A stretch of DNA of 62,360 nt from positions 1-62,360 of the forward strand of contig CAYPSK010000001.1 of assembly GCA_964413705.1 (NCBI GenBank), written 5' to 3'. The notes beneath the pieces are model-generated. The model saw only the letters and a list, made by a program, of their open reading frames with translations, searched no databases and had not been told where the DNA came from. Shown piece after piece: positions 36,766 to 45,791 of this stretch. The first letter of the stretch is position 1. The number at the start of each line of letters is the position of its first letter. This DNA is from Candidatus Woesearchaeota archaeon. GTDB taxonomy: Archaea > Nanobdellota > Nanobdellia > Pacearchaeales > UBA284. Made by a program: the position numbers and the translations under genes.

Positions 36766-38280
36766 TTAGCTGAAGTCCAGGATACTTGCTTTTCCTGTTT
36801 TCAAATTTAATAAAGGAACTTTACAAGGGTCTGGTTCATGCCCAAACTTTTCTTGATAAGAAGTTTTAGACTGCCAGCAAGCACACGAGATAGTCAAGAT
36901 TCCATTGTATCTTGAAACTCCGCTCTTGTGAATATGCCCTGCTGCAAAAACATCAGGAATCTTTTTGATTGTTAGAAAATCATTTTCAGCAGGATAGTAT
37001 GTTGTTGAAGTATGCGAGGGGGCCAGATGTCTCTTTTTCAGTAAGAAATGCATAATCATGTCTGGCTTAGTTTTGGAATTAATTAACCTTAAAGATTCAA
37101 CTCGGTCCATATAATAATCAAAAGAATCTCCATGATAGATTAAAACATCAATTCCAGAGAATGTTTTAGACTGTGCTATCCTTACCCATGAAGGGTTTGT
37201 TGTCAGAATCAGATTTTCCATTTCATACAAGCCAGGAGCAATATCTTTTGGGATTTTCGGCTGCGGTTCAACATGACAGACAGAATCATGTTTGCCCCCT
37301 GCGCACAAAATAATAATCACATCTTTTCTTATTTTTTTCAACATATCCGCAAGATATTTGTACTGCTCATAAATATCCTTAATTCTGAGTTCTGGCTCTT
37401 GCTTAGGATAAACCCCAACACCATCAATATTATCTCCTAAGACAAAAAGATATCTTATCTTCTTTGCAAGTTCTTTTTGTTTTTCAGAACCTATATGTCC
37501 ATTTAACCAATCAATAAATCTTAAAAAATTTGATTCTAAAAACTTAGAAGAACCAACGTGAACATCTGCAATAAATGCCGCATAATTTTCTTCAGGAGCT
37601 TTCTTTATTTCTTTTGCAACATCCATAAAAATCAAGTCATTTGCAAAAACAATTTCATTTGATCCTGATCCCCGAATAGCAATAACTTCATCTAAAATAA
37701 GGTCTCTTGCTTTTTCAATCAAATCTTGATTATTCTGCCTTATCAAAACACTTACTCTTCCAGTCAAGTCCTCTAGCTCAAGAATAATGTTTTTATTTTT
37801 AGTTATTCTTTTGTTATATACCATACCAATTATTGAGACTTGCCTCTGCTGTCCTGAAAGCTTGCCTATGCTGCAAAGCCCTTCTAAGTGCCTCTCTTGA
37901 AGTATTTCTTTTAAAAAAATGTATCTATCTCTAAAATACTTCACAAAATCCCCCACAGTTATTTTTTTCGTCTTAAATTCATACTCCTCCAATATTTCAA
38001 CTTCCTTTACTTCCCCACTTACTTTTGGTTCTTCTTTCTTGACTTCTGTCTTGCCAAATAAACTCTTGAGAACATCAGTGAATTGTCCAGAATAATTCAT
38101 CAGATTTGATAAGAAAAAATCTTTAGATACTAGCTTTGGTGATTTGATGTTGATGATTTGAGAGGCCAAGCTAGATAGCTCATCTTCTGAAACTCCTTTC
38201 TCAAGAGCCTCTCTAAAAAACTGGACTAAAGCAGACTCAAACAAGTATCCTTTGCCCAGATACTCCCTTATAAATTGCAT
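36766..38280 (-). CDS. polB: DNA polymerase II (PolD) small subunit DP1 (3'-5' exonuclease, calcineurin-like)
   Basis: An OB region, then phosphoesterase motifs FIADVHVGS, VLGDNIDG, CAGGKHD and AAGHIHK. Its stop lies 1 nt before the DP2 start. Confidence 0.85.
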   Translation of the reverse strand: MQFIREYLGKGYLFESALVQFFREALEKGVSEDELSSLASQIINIKSPKLVSKDFFLSNLMNYSGQFTDVLKSLFGKTEVKKEEPKVSGEVKEVEILEEYEFKTKKITVGDFVKYFRDRYIFLKEILQERHLEGLCSIGKLSGQQRQVSIIGMVYNKRITKNKNIILELEDLTGRVSVLIRQNNQDLIEKARDLILDEVIAIRGSGSNEIVFANDLIFMDVAKEIKKAPEENYAAFIADVHVGSSKFLESNFLRFIDWLNGHIGSEKQKELAKKIRYLFVLGDNIDGVGVYPKQEPELRIKDIYEQYKYLADMLKKIRKDVIIILCAGGKHDSVCHVEPQPKIPKDIAPGLYEMENLILTTNPSWVRIAQSKTFSGIDVLIYHGDSFDYYMDRVESLRLINSKTKPDMIMHFLLKKRHLAPSHTSTTYYPAENDFLTIKKIPDVFAAGHIHKSGVSRYNGILTISCACWQSKTSYQEKFGHEPDPCKVPLLNLKTGKASILDFS

Positions 38281-38329
38281 ACGAACTCCGATGGCCTTAA
38301 ACTGGCCAATTTTATTTAATGTGTGACAA

Positions 38330-39691
38330 TTAGATGCTCAGTGAGTTGACTAAAAAACCATTGATTTTATCACCAAGTGCTTCAGTCAAATCAACACGTA
38401 TCTCTCTTGTTCTGCCATATCTCCCCTTGCTTACCACCCTTGCATTAACCAACCCTAACATGTCAAACTCAGATATAATATCTCCGACTCTTCTTTGAGT
38501 TAATACTTCTGTATTTGTTCTCAAACATAACTCCCTATAGAGATTATAAGCATCCCCTGTAAAGATTTTGTCTTCATTGTTTTTGATTGATTTTTTGTAT
38601 AATTGCAGTATGGATAATAAAACAAGCTGGAATTGTTTTGGTTGATTCTCAACAGCCATCAAAACTTTATCTGCCTCAATCTTTTCCTTAGCCCTATCAA
38701 TATACTCTAAAGTGATTTTTTTCTTATGGTCCCTCTCCACAAGTTCACCTGCTATCCTTAATAAATCAAGAGCTCTTCTTGCATCCCCGTGCTCTCTAGC
38801 TGCATAAGCAGAACATTTTTCAATGACTCCATCAGAAACAACCTCTGTCTTAAAAGCTTCCTCTGATCTCGTTCTTAATATATCTTGAAGCTGCAAAGCA
38901 TTGTACGGAGCAAAGAAAATTTCTTCCTCACTTAATGAACTTTTAACCCTTGGGTCTAAAGAATCTAAAAATTTAATATCATTTGATATCCCTATCATAG
39001 AGATTTGCGCCTGGACCAGCTCTGTATTTAGTCTTGTAAAATTATATAAGAATTCATCCCCAATTCTCTTCACAGCCTGATCAATCTCGTCAAAAATAAG
39101 AATTACAACTTGTTTCTTAACATCTATCATCTCAACAAATTTCCTATACAGTTGGTCTGTGGGAAGTCCGGTCGCAGCCACTTTTCCTCCTAATTTTCTT
39201 ATTAATTCAGCAAGAATCCTATACTCTGTATCTGCAACTTTTCTTAATTTACAATTGACAGAAGGCATCAAAAGAGTTACTTTTTGCTCTTCTGCTTTTT
39301 TTAGTAATTGATTTTTGATATAACTCATAACAAGGCTTTTTCCTGTTCCAGTTAAGCCATAAAGAAAAAGATTTGAGGGCCTCTCTAATCTTAAACAAGG
39401 AGCTATAATCGGCGCTACTTGATTTATCTGCTTCTCTCTATGCAGAATATTATCTGGGGTATAATTTGATTGTAAAACTAATTTATTTTTAAAAATAGTC
39501 TGTTTAATAAAAGAATTAAAAATATCATCAACCCCTTTTTGAATCTGCATCTCCCTGCTTCTTGAGCCCTCTTTCTCTCTTCCTACTTCTCTTGTTAATA
39601 CTCCTTCCTTTCCTTTTTCTTTATTTCCCTCTTTTATTTTTTCTTTAGACATTTTATCTCCTCTCTTTTGACTCTTCGTCTCTTTTGGCAT
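38330..39691 (-). CDS. cdc6: Orc1/Cdc6 replication initiator
   Basis: Walker A LYGLTGTGKS, Walker B LIFDEIDQ, sensor regions and a C-terminal winged helix. Its N-terminus is a Lys/Glu-rich extension. Confidence 0.9.
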   Translation of the reverse strand: MPKETKSQKRGDKMSKEKIKEGNKEKGKEGVLTREVGREKEGSRSREMQIQKGVDDIFNSFIKQTIFKNKLVLQSNYTPDNILHREKQINQVAPIIAPCLRLERPSNLFLYGLTGTGKSLVMSYIKNQLLKKAEEQKVTLLMPSVNCKLRKVADTEYRILAELIRKLGGKVAATGLPTDQLYRKFVEMIDVKKQVVILIFDEIDQAVKRIGDEFLYNFTRLNTELVQAQISMIGISNDIKFLDSLDPRVKSSLSEEEIFFAPYNALQLQDILRTRSEEAFKTEVVSDGVIEKCSAYAAREHGDARRALDLLRIAGELVERDHKKKITLEYIDRAKEKIEADKVLMAVENQPKQFQLVLLSILQLYKKSIKNNEDKIFTGDAYNLYRELCLRTNTEVLTQRRVGDIISEFDMLGLVNARVVSKGRYGRTREIRVDLTEALGDKINGFLVNSLSI

Positions 39692-39758
39692 TTATTTTTT
39701 CCTCTCTAAAAATCTAACTCTAGACTCTTTTATAAATATTGTTGTTGTTTAATAGAAC

Positions 39759-39786
39759 ACACCCACCTTCATTTCCGATGGAACTC
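39759..39786 (-). repeat. ORB-like origin recognition box (reverse orientation)
   Basis: The reverse complement reads GAGTTCCATCGGAAATGAAGGTGGGTGT. This has the dyad TTCCA-nn-GGAAA followed by a G-string, as in the archaeal ORB consensus. Confidence 0.6.
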
Positions 39787-39866
39787 CCTTTCTCCCTTTC
39801 TCTCTTCTTTTTCTCTCTTTTCTCGAGGAAAAACAAAAAAACAAGAAACACATCAAAAAAAAACCC

Positions 39867-39948
39867 ATATACATAAACATATATAATATAATATATAATA
39901 ATATAATATATATAATATATAATACAAATATTTATAAATAAAAAAAGA
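39867..39948. other. AT-only duplex unwinding element candidate
   Basis: About 80 nt almost devoid of G/C, made of (TATAA/ATATA)n repeats, lying between the two ORB-like boxes. Confidence 0.55.
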
Positions 39949-39985
39949 GGAAGAAAAATCCTCGTCGGTTTATAAATCTTTCCAA

Positions 39986-40016
39986 CATTTCCATAAGAAG
40001 CATAGGGGGGAGGGGG
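39986..40016 (+). repeat. ORB-like box (forward orientation, more degenerate)
   Basis: CATTTCCATAAGAAGCATAGGGGGGAGGGGG has a TTCCA half-site plus a long G-string, inverted relative to 39759..39786. Confidence 0.45.
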
Positions 40017-40262
40017 TTTCGTAAGGAAAATGCCTCTTATTCTGCAATAATCCTTAAATACCTCAGAAAGAATAAAAAAGAATGAATCAACATAGTGCAA
40101 GTGATTTGATAAAAGAACATAATCCCCCTATGAATACTATATAATCTACTTCAATTAATTTTATAAAGTTAAACTTCTACATATATAAGAAAAAACTGAT
40201 GAAAACAAAGAGGTTTTAACTTGTTTCAATCACAAGAGAAAAGTTTATAAACAAAAAATCGC

Positions 40263-40556
40263 TTGAAAATCAGTTTTAAATATAATATCAACAAAAAAAT
40301 GGCACTTGAAAAAAGACCATCAAAAGAACTCCTCGGTAAACTAGTAGTAACAAAAGAGGGAAAAAAGATAGGTTTTGTGAAAGATCTTTCTTTTGAAGCA
40401 AGAAGTGGCGAGCTAATACATATGGTAGTAGCTTCTCCAACAGCATATGCCGCATCTCTTAGTGTAGAAGCAAAAGATGGCGGATTGCTTGTGCCCTACT
40501 CAGCAATTCTTGCAATAGGCGACTTTGTGGTTATCGGTGAAGAGGAAGTAAGATAA
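40263..40556 (+). CDS. PRC-barrel domain protein
   Basis: LLGKLVVTKEGKKIGFVKDLSFEARSGELIHMVV ... ILAIGDFVVIG matches the PRC-barrel pattern. The likely start is the ATG at 40299. Confidence 0.65.
   Translation: MKISFKYNINKKMALEKRPSKELLGKLVVTKEGKKIGFVKDLSFEARSGELIHMVVASPTAYAASLSVEAKDGGLLVPYSAILAIGDFVVIGEEEVR
40276..40285 (+). promoter_or_regulatory. TATA-box-like element upstream of the PRC-barrel gene
   Basis: TTTAAATATA is centred about 20 nt upstream of the ATG at 40299. The spacing suggests a leaderless or short-leader mRNA. Confidence 0.3.
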
Positions 40557-40581
40557 AAAGAGAGTTTCTCTATTTTATAAG

Positions 40582-41064
40582 ATGATAGTCGGTTTTAAAT
40601 TAAAAAAGATTCTTGCAGAAACCCTTGTAGAGGCATCAAGCCTAGAAAAAAATAAAGATATAAAAATAACAAAGATTAATACAAAAACAGACCTTATAGA
40701 GATATCTGAACAAAAAATAGAGATGAAAGATAAAGATGCTCTTGATATAGGTTTCTCTTTTCAGATAGATTACGAACCAAAAATTGCAAAAGTTGTTTTT
40801 GAGGGAAGAATAATTTCTTTAGTTGAAAAAAATCAAGCAAAAAAAGTCCTAGATGATTGGAAGAAAAAACAGCTTCCAAAAGACCTTAGATTAGAGGTAA
40901 TGAATACTATTTTGGCAAGATGCAGCATAAAAGCCCTGGAAGTTGAAGAAGACATAGGCATTCCTCCTCATTTCCCTCTGCCAAGATTCCAAATACAAGA
41001 GAAGCAAGATAAAGCCTCAGAAAAACAAGATAAAGGCAAGAACAATGCTGGCTATGCTGGTTAA
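40582..41064 (+). CDS. Hypothetical protein (weak SecB-like chaperone resemblance)
   Basis: A 160-aa ORF. Its C-terminal ILARCSIKALEVEEDIGIPPHFPLPRF is reminiscent of the SecB C-terminal segment. This is a weak resemblance by eye. Confidence 0.35.
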   Translation: MIVGFKLKKILAETLVEASSLEKNKDIKITKINTKTDLIEISEQKIEMKDKDALDIGFSFQIDYEPKIAKVVFEGRIISLVEKNQAKKVLDDWKKKQLPKDLRLEVMNTILARCSIKALEVEEDIGIPPHFPLPRFQIQEKQDKASEKQDKGKNNAGYAG

Positions 41065-41128
41065 TTCTTAAATATCATAACCTAAAAGTATAAATATAAT
41101 TTTTTTCTATATTCTTTTATAACCCCCT

Positions 41129-41222
41129 GCCCAGATGGGACAAAGGTACTCCGACGGTCTCGAAAGAATCCAAGATAACCGTTTTCCGCAAGGATATCCA
41201 GGTTCGATTCCTGGTCTGGGCG
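41129..41222 (+). tRNA. tRNA-Ser (anticodon CGA) with a putative 12-nt anticodon-loop intron
   Basis: Acceptor GCCCAGA/TCTGGGC with discriminator G. Long variable arm (TCC-GCAA-GGA), T arm CCAGG-TTCGATT-CCTGG and anticodon stem ACGGT/ACCGT. That stem encloses 19 nt, which is a 7-nt loop CTCGAA.A plus about 12 nt inserted after position 37. Confidence 0.7.
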
Positions 41223-41224
41223 TT

Positions 41225-41995
41225 TCAAATACCCTTTACCTTCCCAAATCTATATATTTTATCTCCAACAACAAAAACTTCAAATTCTTTTATGCTTTTC
41301 TCATTAAGAAAAGGACTTAGAAGTTCCTCTCTCTTGACATCTGTTCCCTCTGTTCCTAAAAAAGATGAAGGAATGACAACTAAGTTTTTTCCATGCCACT
41401 TTCCTTTTAAAAAGCATTTGAATTTCTCTTTCTTTATGTTGTCTTGGATTGAAATTGCAGGATGCTCATGCCCGATTATGATTGTCTTGATTTTTTTGTT
41501 GTAAATATCTTTATCAATTGGAATTTTATGCCCATGTAAAACAGCAATTTCCCCCAAAATAAGGAAATCTCTGACATCAACATCTCTTTTTCTTGCAATA
41601 GGTTCAAGAATCTTATCATGATTTCCTTTAATTAAGATAACCTTACAAGATTTAGGGATCATATCAATTATTTCAAGAGCTTCTTGCCACTCTTGAATCG
41701 AGATTTTTCCAAATTCGTGTTTTAAATCTCCATTAATTACAATTATCTTTGGTTTAAGTTTTAAAAGTTCTTCAATTTCTTTTTTCATCTCAAGAAACAT
41801 GCTTCTTGGCACAAGAAATCCTTGTTTTGCCAAAGCTTCTTCATAACCAATATGAAAATCTCCAAATATCAATGCCTTTTCACTTTTGATCCACAATGCT
41901 TTTCCTTTTATCTCAATCCCTTTAAGTATTTCCATGGAACAAGAAGAATAGAATGTATATAAAAATTTTATTGGTGACCAGTAATTCTCTTCCAT
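41225..41995 (-). CDS. Metallophosphoesterase (PdeM / MJ0037-like, Lhr-associated MPE type)
   Basis: ALIFGDFHIGYEEAL...GFLVP, INGDLKHEFG, IKGNHD, LHGH and IGHEHP motifs. The likely start is MEILKG at 41935. The stop codon abuts the tRNA-Ser 3' end. Confidence 0.65.
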   Translation of the reverse strand: MEENYWSPIKFLYTFYSSCSMEILKGIEIKGKALWIKSEKALIFGDFHIGYEEALAKQGFLVPRSMFLEMKKEIEELLKLKPKIIVINGDLKHEFGKISIQEWQEALEIIDMIPKSCKVILIKGNHDKILEPIARKRDVDVRDFLILGEIAVLHGHKIPIDKDIYNKKIKTIIIGHEHPAISIQDNIKKEKFKCFLKGKWHGKNLVVIPSSFLGTEGTDVKREELLSPFLNEKSIKEFEVFVVGDKIYRFGKVKGI

Positions 41996-42954
41996 GCAAA
42001 TGCTTGATAAACCGCAGTGGCGATTGTGTTATTTAAGGAGATAACTTCGACTTTTCCGGGATATTTATTTGGAAGAGCATCTGTAACAAAAACCCCATCA
42101 AGCCTGGCATATTTTTCAAAACCTGCATTAAATTCCCCAAATGCCACATATAAATAGACATGGGTAGCTCCTTTTCTTCTCGCTTCGCATTCACAATTTT
42201 TGCTTGTTCCGCCAGTTCCGCCAATGTCATCAACAAAAAGAACTTTCTTTCCAGAGACGTCTCCACTCAATTCTATTTGTCCAGCAACCTCTGCTTTTGG
42301 TCTGCTATGTTTATGGCAAGGAATAAGAGGGAGATATATGTCATAATCTTTAAGAAGTATGCTCTGAAGAATCTCTGTTCTTTTTAATCCACCTGCGTCT
42401 GTTGGGGCCAAAACAAGATTCTCTAAAAGGTGTCTTTTTCTACTTAAATGTTCTGCGACAGCATGTGAACTGTATATAATATTTGATCTTGTATCAAAAA
42501 AGCCAATTTCTTGTTCTGAATGCGGATCAATTAAGACTACTCTATCAACATATTTCGAAATGTCCTCTGCGACTCTTTTTGCATTAAGGACAGAGTTTTG
42601 TCTTTTGGGATCTTTATCATCATGATCTTGCCGACCATAAAGGAAATAGGGCATAAGTAAGGTGGTTTCAGTCACATAGCAATGGCCGCTTTTTTTTAAG
42701 AAAAAGGCTATTTCTTCTATTTCATCTTTCCAAATAGCAGGTGGTTTGCTTGAATCTGCAAAAACAAAGCATCTACCCACAGGCATTTCACTAAAAACTC
42801 TTTGGGGTTCATCATTTGAAAAAGGCATATTGATAACAGAGACAATATGCGCATCAACATTATGTTCATTTCTCAAAAAATTGCAAACATAAGCTACTAA
42901 GCCGTGCGGATGTGCGTCAGAAGGGGATATCAACGTAACTTTTTCATGCGTCAT
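41968..42954 (-). CDS. prs: Ribose-phosphate pyrophosphokinase (PRPP synthase) family protein
   Basis: PYFLYGRQDH, LIDPHSEQEIGFF, APTDAGGLKRT and the PRPP loop VLFVDDIGGTGGTS, all in the order seen in Prs. Confidence 0.7.
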   Translation of the reverse strand: MTHEKVTLISPSDAHPHGLVAYVCNFLRNEHNVDAHIVSVINMPFSNDEPQRVFSEMPVGRCFVFADSSKPPAIWKDEIEEIAFFLKKSGHCYVTETTLLMPYFLYGRQDHDDKDPKRQNSVLNAKRVAEDISKYVDRVVLIDPHSEQEIGFFDTRSNIIYSSHAVAEHLSRKRHLLENLVLAPTDAGGLKRTEILQSILLKDYDIYLPLIPCHKHSRPKAEVAGQIELSGDVSGKKVLFVDDIGGTGGTSKNCECEARRKGATHVYLYVAFGEFNAGFEKYARLDGVFVTDALPNKYPGKVEVISLNNTIATAVYQAFAWKRITGHQ

Positions 42955-43035
42955 TTAAAAAATGATTTTTATTCTTTATAAGGATTATTGCACAAAAAAA
43001 TATGCTTTATTCAATATTTTTTGTTTCTTGTTCTC

Positions 43036-45669
43036 TTATCTCTCCTTTTCTTCTATTCTTTTTAAAATTTTATCATGCATTCTTTTCAAGAACATCATTT
43101 TATTCTCCATTCTCATCAAGTCAGCATGGCCCTGCATCACAAGATTCATGGCAAAAGGGCTTGGCAAGTCAGTGGTAATATTTTCAATCTTCACTTTTCC
43201 CTCTTTTATAGACTCTAGAATCTTTAGAGTACTATTTATATCCATAGAATCCTCTAGAATCTCTCTTCTAGTCTCTTTTAGTATAGGGAAATCATCTGAA
43301 ATCTTTTTTATTGCATAGTAAATAAGGTCTGAACTGACCTGTTGCTTCCCTACTGTTTTGCTTCTCCCCTTGTAATTCCTTAAAATCATTAAAGACCTTC
43401 CTGCGCAGTGCCTGAATCTCCTTCTAAATACCTCTGTTTTTTCAACAGCCTCTTGAAGAATTCGCCTTAATTCCTTTGGCTTAGCAGATATCATCTTGAT
43501 AGCTTTTTCAACTTGAATTTTTTCTTGTGAAGCAATAAAAAAACCATTATCACTTATCCCTATTTCCAAGTCCCTTTTATTGCTTGCAACATAAGCCACA
43601 GCCCTGCTAAGGGCATCATTAACTCGCCTGCCATAGAGTGTATGAAAAATATAGTATCTCTTAGAACTTTCATCAATATATGTCTCAATCAACACCCTCT
43701 TTTCGTGTGGAATACCCAGATAGTGGAATTGTTCATAAAAATAATTATAGACTGCTTCACAAGAATTTCCATCAACATACAAATAATCAGAAATAAATTT
43801 CTTAATCTCAGCTTTAGAGTATTTTTTCTTGAACTTCTCTTCCATTAAGAGCCTAAATCTTTGGATTGCCATTGCAAGGTCAAAGCTTAAAGGCAGCATT
43901 TCAGAGTGCCATGAAGGGATTGTAGGTGGCCTTTGGACAGAAGCATTAACATAAGCATTCATGCCTCTAGAGTACAGGAATTGATATTTATGCCCGCCAA
44001 GAACAAAAACATCTCCTCTCTTAAGATGTTCAAGAAAAATTTCATCTATAACTCCGGCTCGCTCATTTTTTCTTTCTCCCACAGCCACAACAACATTCAC
44101 AAAACTCTCATCAGGGATAGTTCCTATATTTGTCATATAAATAACTCTAGCAAGTTTTCCTCGCTTTCCAACTTCATGTGTTTTTGGGTCATACCATATC
44201 TTGGCATAGACATTCCTGGTTTCTAAACCAGCATACTCCCCACTAAGATAGCTTATTACAGAAAAGAAATCCTCTCTACTTAGAGAATTATAACAATAGC
44301 TCTGCTTAACAACTTTAATCATATCCTCAATCTGCCATTTTTTTTCAATAGCCATGCCATATATATGCTGGCTTAGGACATCTAAACAATTTCTTGGGAT
44401 TTCAACTCTGTCTATTTTTCTTTCAACAGCCTCTTTTAATAAAACTCCGCACTCAACAAGGTCATCTCTGTCTAAAATTATCAGCCTTCCTTTACTTATT
44501 TCATGTAGCTTATGTCCTGCTCTTCCGCATCTCTGCAATGCTCTTGCAACAGACTTCGGACTTCCAAGTAAGATAACAAGATCAACATAACCAATGTCAA
44601 TTCCTAATTCAAGACTTGTTGATGTGACAACACACTTTAACTTTCCCTCTCTAAGTCTCTGTTCAATAGAGAATCTATGCTCTTTGCTTAGGCTGGAGTG
44701 ATGTGCCCCTATGCTCTCTTGAACAGCCTCATATCTATGTGGAAACATCTCTTTCAAATGATTAATAACTCTCTCAGTCGCACTTCGTGTATTTGTGAAG
44801 ATTATTGTTGTTTTATGTTCCTGAATAAGCCTGTCAATTAGACTATAGAGTTCTTCATGCATATTTTTTGAAGTTGTATTTATCAAGTCATTTACCGGAC
44901 TCAGTACAGCAAGGTCCATCTTTTTGAGATACTGGACATCAGCTAATAGGCAATCTCTCTCGACCCACTGCCGATTCTTTCTCTCAAAACCAACCAAGAA
45001 CTTTGCAATCTCTTCCAAGGGGGCGATTGTTGCGCTTAATCCAATTCTTGCAGGCACAATGACTGAGACTTGTTCAAGCCTTTCTAAAGATAATGAGAGA
45101 TGTGTCCCTCTTTTATTTGCCATTGCATGTATTTCATCAACAATCATAAATTCAACAGCACTGAGTCTCTCAACAAACTTCTTGCTCACTAATAATATAG
45201 CAAGAGTTTCAGGCGTAGTTACAAGTATGTGCGGTGCTTTTTTTAACATCTTAACTCTTTCATTTGTTGGGGTATCGCTTGTTCTCACAGATACTTTGAT
45301 GTCCTGCATTGCTTCTTGTTTTTTATTGATAATTTCTTCAATTTCTTTTAGCGGTTCAATTAAATTATGTGCAATATCATTGTTCAGGGCTTTTAAAGGA
45401 GAGACATAGATACAATAAACTTTATTTTCAAGCTCATTTTTTTTAGCCAAAGTAACAAGATAGTTTATTATAGCTAAAAAAGAAGTTAGGGTCTTTGTTC
45501 CGCCAGTTGGTGCACTTATTAAAATATTTTTTCTCTCAAAAATAGGCATGACTCCATAGAGCTGGGGCTGACTAAATTCTTTGAACTTGGAAAAAAACCA
45601 TTCTTTGACATCAGGGTCTAGGGCTTTCTCAATTTCTTGCTTTGTTCTTAGTTTAGCTTCTTTTATCAT
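43036..45669 (-). CDS. lhr: Lhr-type ATP-dependent DEAH-box helicase (Lhr core)
   Basis: Walker A SAPTGGTKT, DEIH box (MIVDEIHAM), motif VI RCGRAGH, and the long C-terminal Lhr WH/domain-4 region. 877 aa. Confidence 0.8.
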   Translation of the reverse strand: MIKEAKLRTKQEIEKALDPDVKEWFFSKFKEFSQPQLYGVMPIFERKNILISAPTGGTKTLTSFLAIINYLVTLAKKNELENKVYCIYVSPLKALNNDIAHNLIEPLKEIEEIINKKQEAMQDIKVSVRTSDTPTNERVKMLKKAPHILVTTPETLAILLVSKKFVERLSAVEFMIVDEIHAMANKRGTHLSLSLERLEQVSVIVPARIGLSATIAPLEEIAKFLVGFERKNRQWVERDCLLADVQYLKKMDLAVLSPVNDLINTTSKNMHEELYSLIDRLIQEHKTTIIFTNTRSATERVINHLKEMFPHRYEAVQESIGAHHSSLSKEHRFSIEQRLREGKLKCVVTSTSLELGIDIGYVDLVILLGSPKSVARALQRCGRAGHKLHEISKGRLIILDRDDLVECGVLLKEAVERKIDRVEIPRNCLDVLSQHIYGMAIEKKWQIEDMIKVVKQSYCYNSLSREDFFSVISYLSGEYAGLETRNVYAKIWYDPKTHEVGKRGKLARVIYMTNIGTIPDESFVNVVVAVGERKNERAGVIDEIFLEHLKRGDVFVLGGHKYQFLYSRGMNAYVNASVQRPPTIPSWHSEMLPLSFDLAMAIQRFRLLMEEKFKKKYSKAEIKKFISDYLYVDGNSCEAVYNYFYEQFHYLGIPHEKRVLIETYIDESSKRYYIFHTLYGRRVNDALSRAVAYVASNKRDLEIGISDNGFFIASQEKIQVEKAIKMISAKPKELRRILQEAVEKTEVFRRRFRHCAGRSLMILRNYKGRSKTVGKQQVSSDLIYYAIKKISDDFPILKETRREILEDSMDINSTLKILESIKEGKVKIENITTDLPSPFAMNLVMQGHADLMRMENKMMFLKRMHDKILKRIEEKER

Positions 45670-45791
45670 CTTTTAGAGGAATTATTTATGAAAAGTTTAG
45701 CAAATTTAGTGAATTTCTGTTTAAAATGAAACTAGATATATAAGGCTTTGCTTCACTCTATTATATATAAAGAATTATTTTGATGAGAATT

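Larger units (their letters stand above)
39755..40135. other. Candidate chromosomal replication origin (oriC)
   Basis: An intergenic region directly upstream of cdc6-DP1-DP2. Inverted ORB-like boxes flank an AT-only tract of about 80 nt. A long polypyrimidine run (39784..39824) and a third CATAGGGGG element (40121..40135, inverted) are also present. Confidence 0.6.

Noticed and set aside
39720-40100. 126-aa minus-strand ORF in the ORF track
   Set aside because: The translation is low-complexity (IIYYIYYIIIYYIIYVYVY, KKKREREK). It spans the AT-repeat, polypyrimidine and G-string elements of the candidate origin, so it is almost certainly non-coding.
41135-41320. 61-aa + strand ORF
   Set aside because: It lies inside the tRNA-Ser gene and runs antisense into the phosphoesterase gene. 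It is an artefact of the tRNA's GC content.
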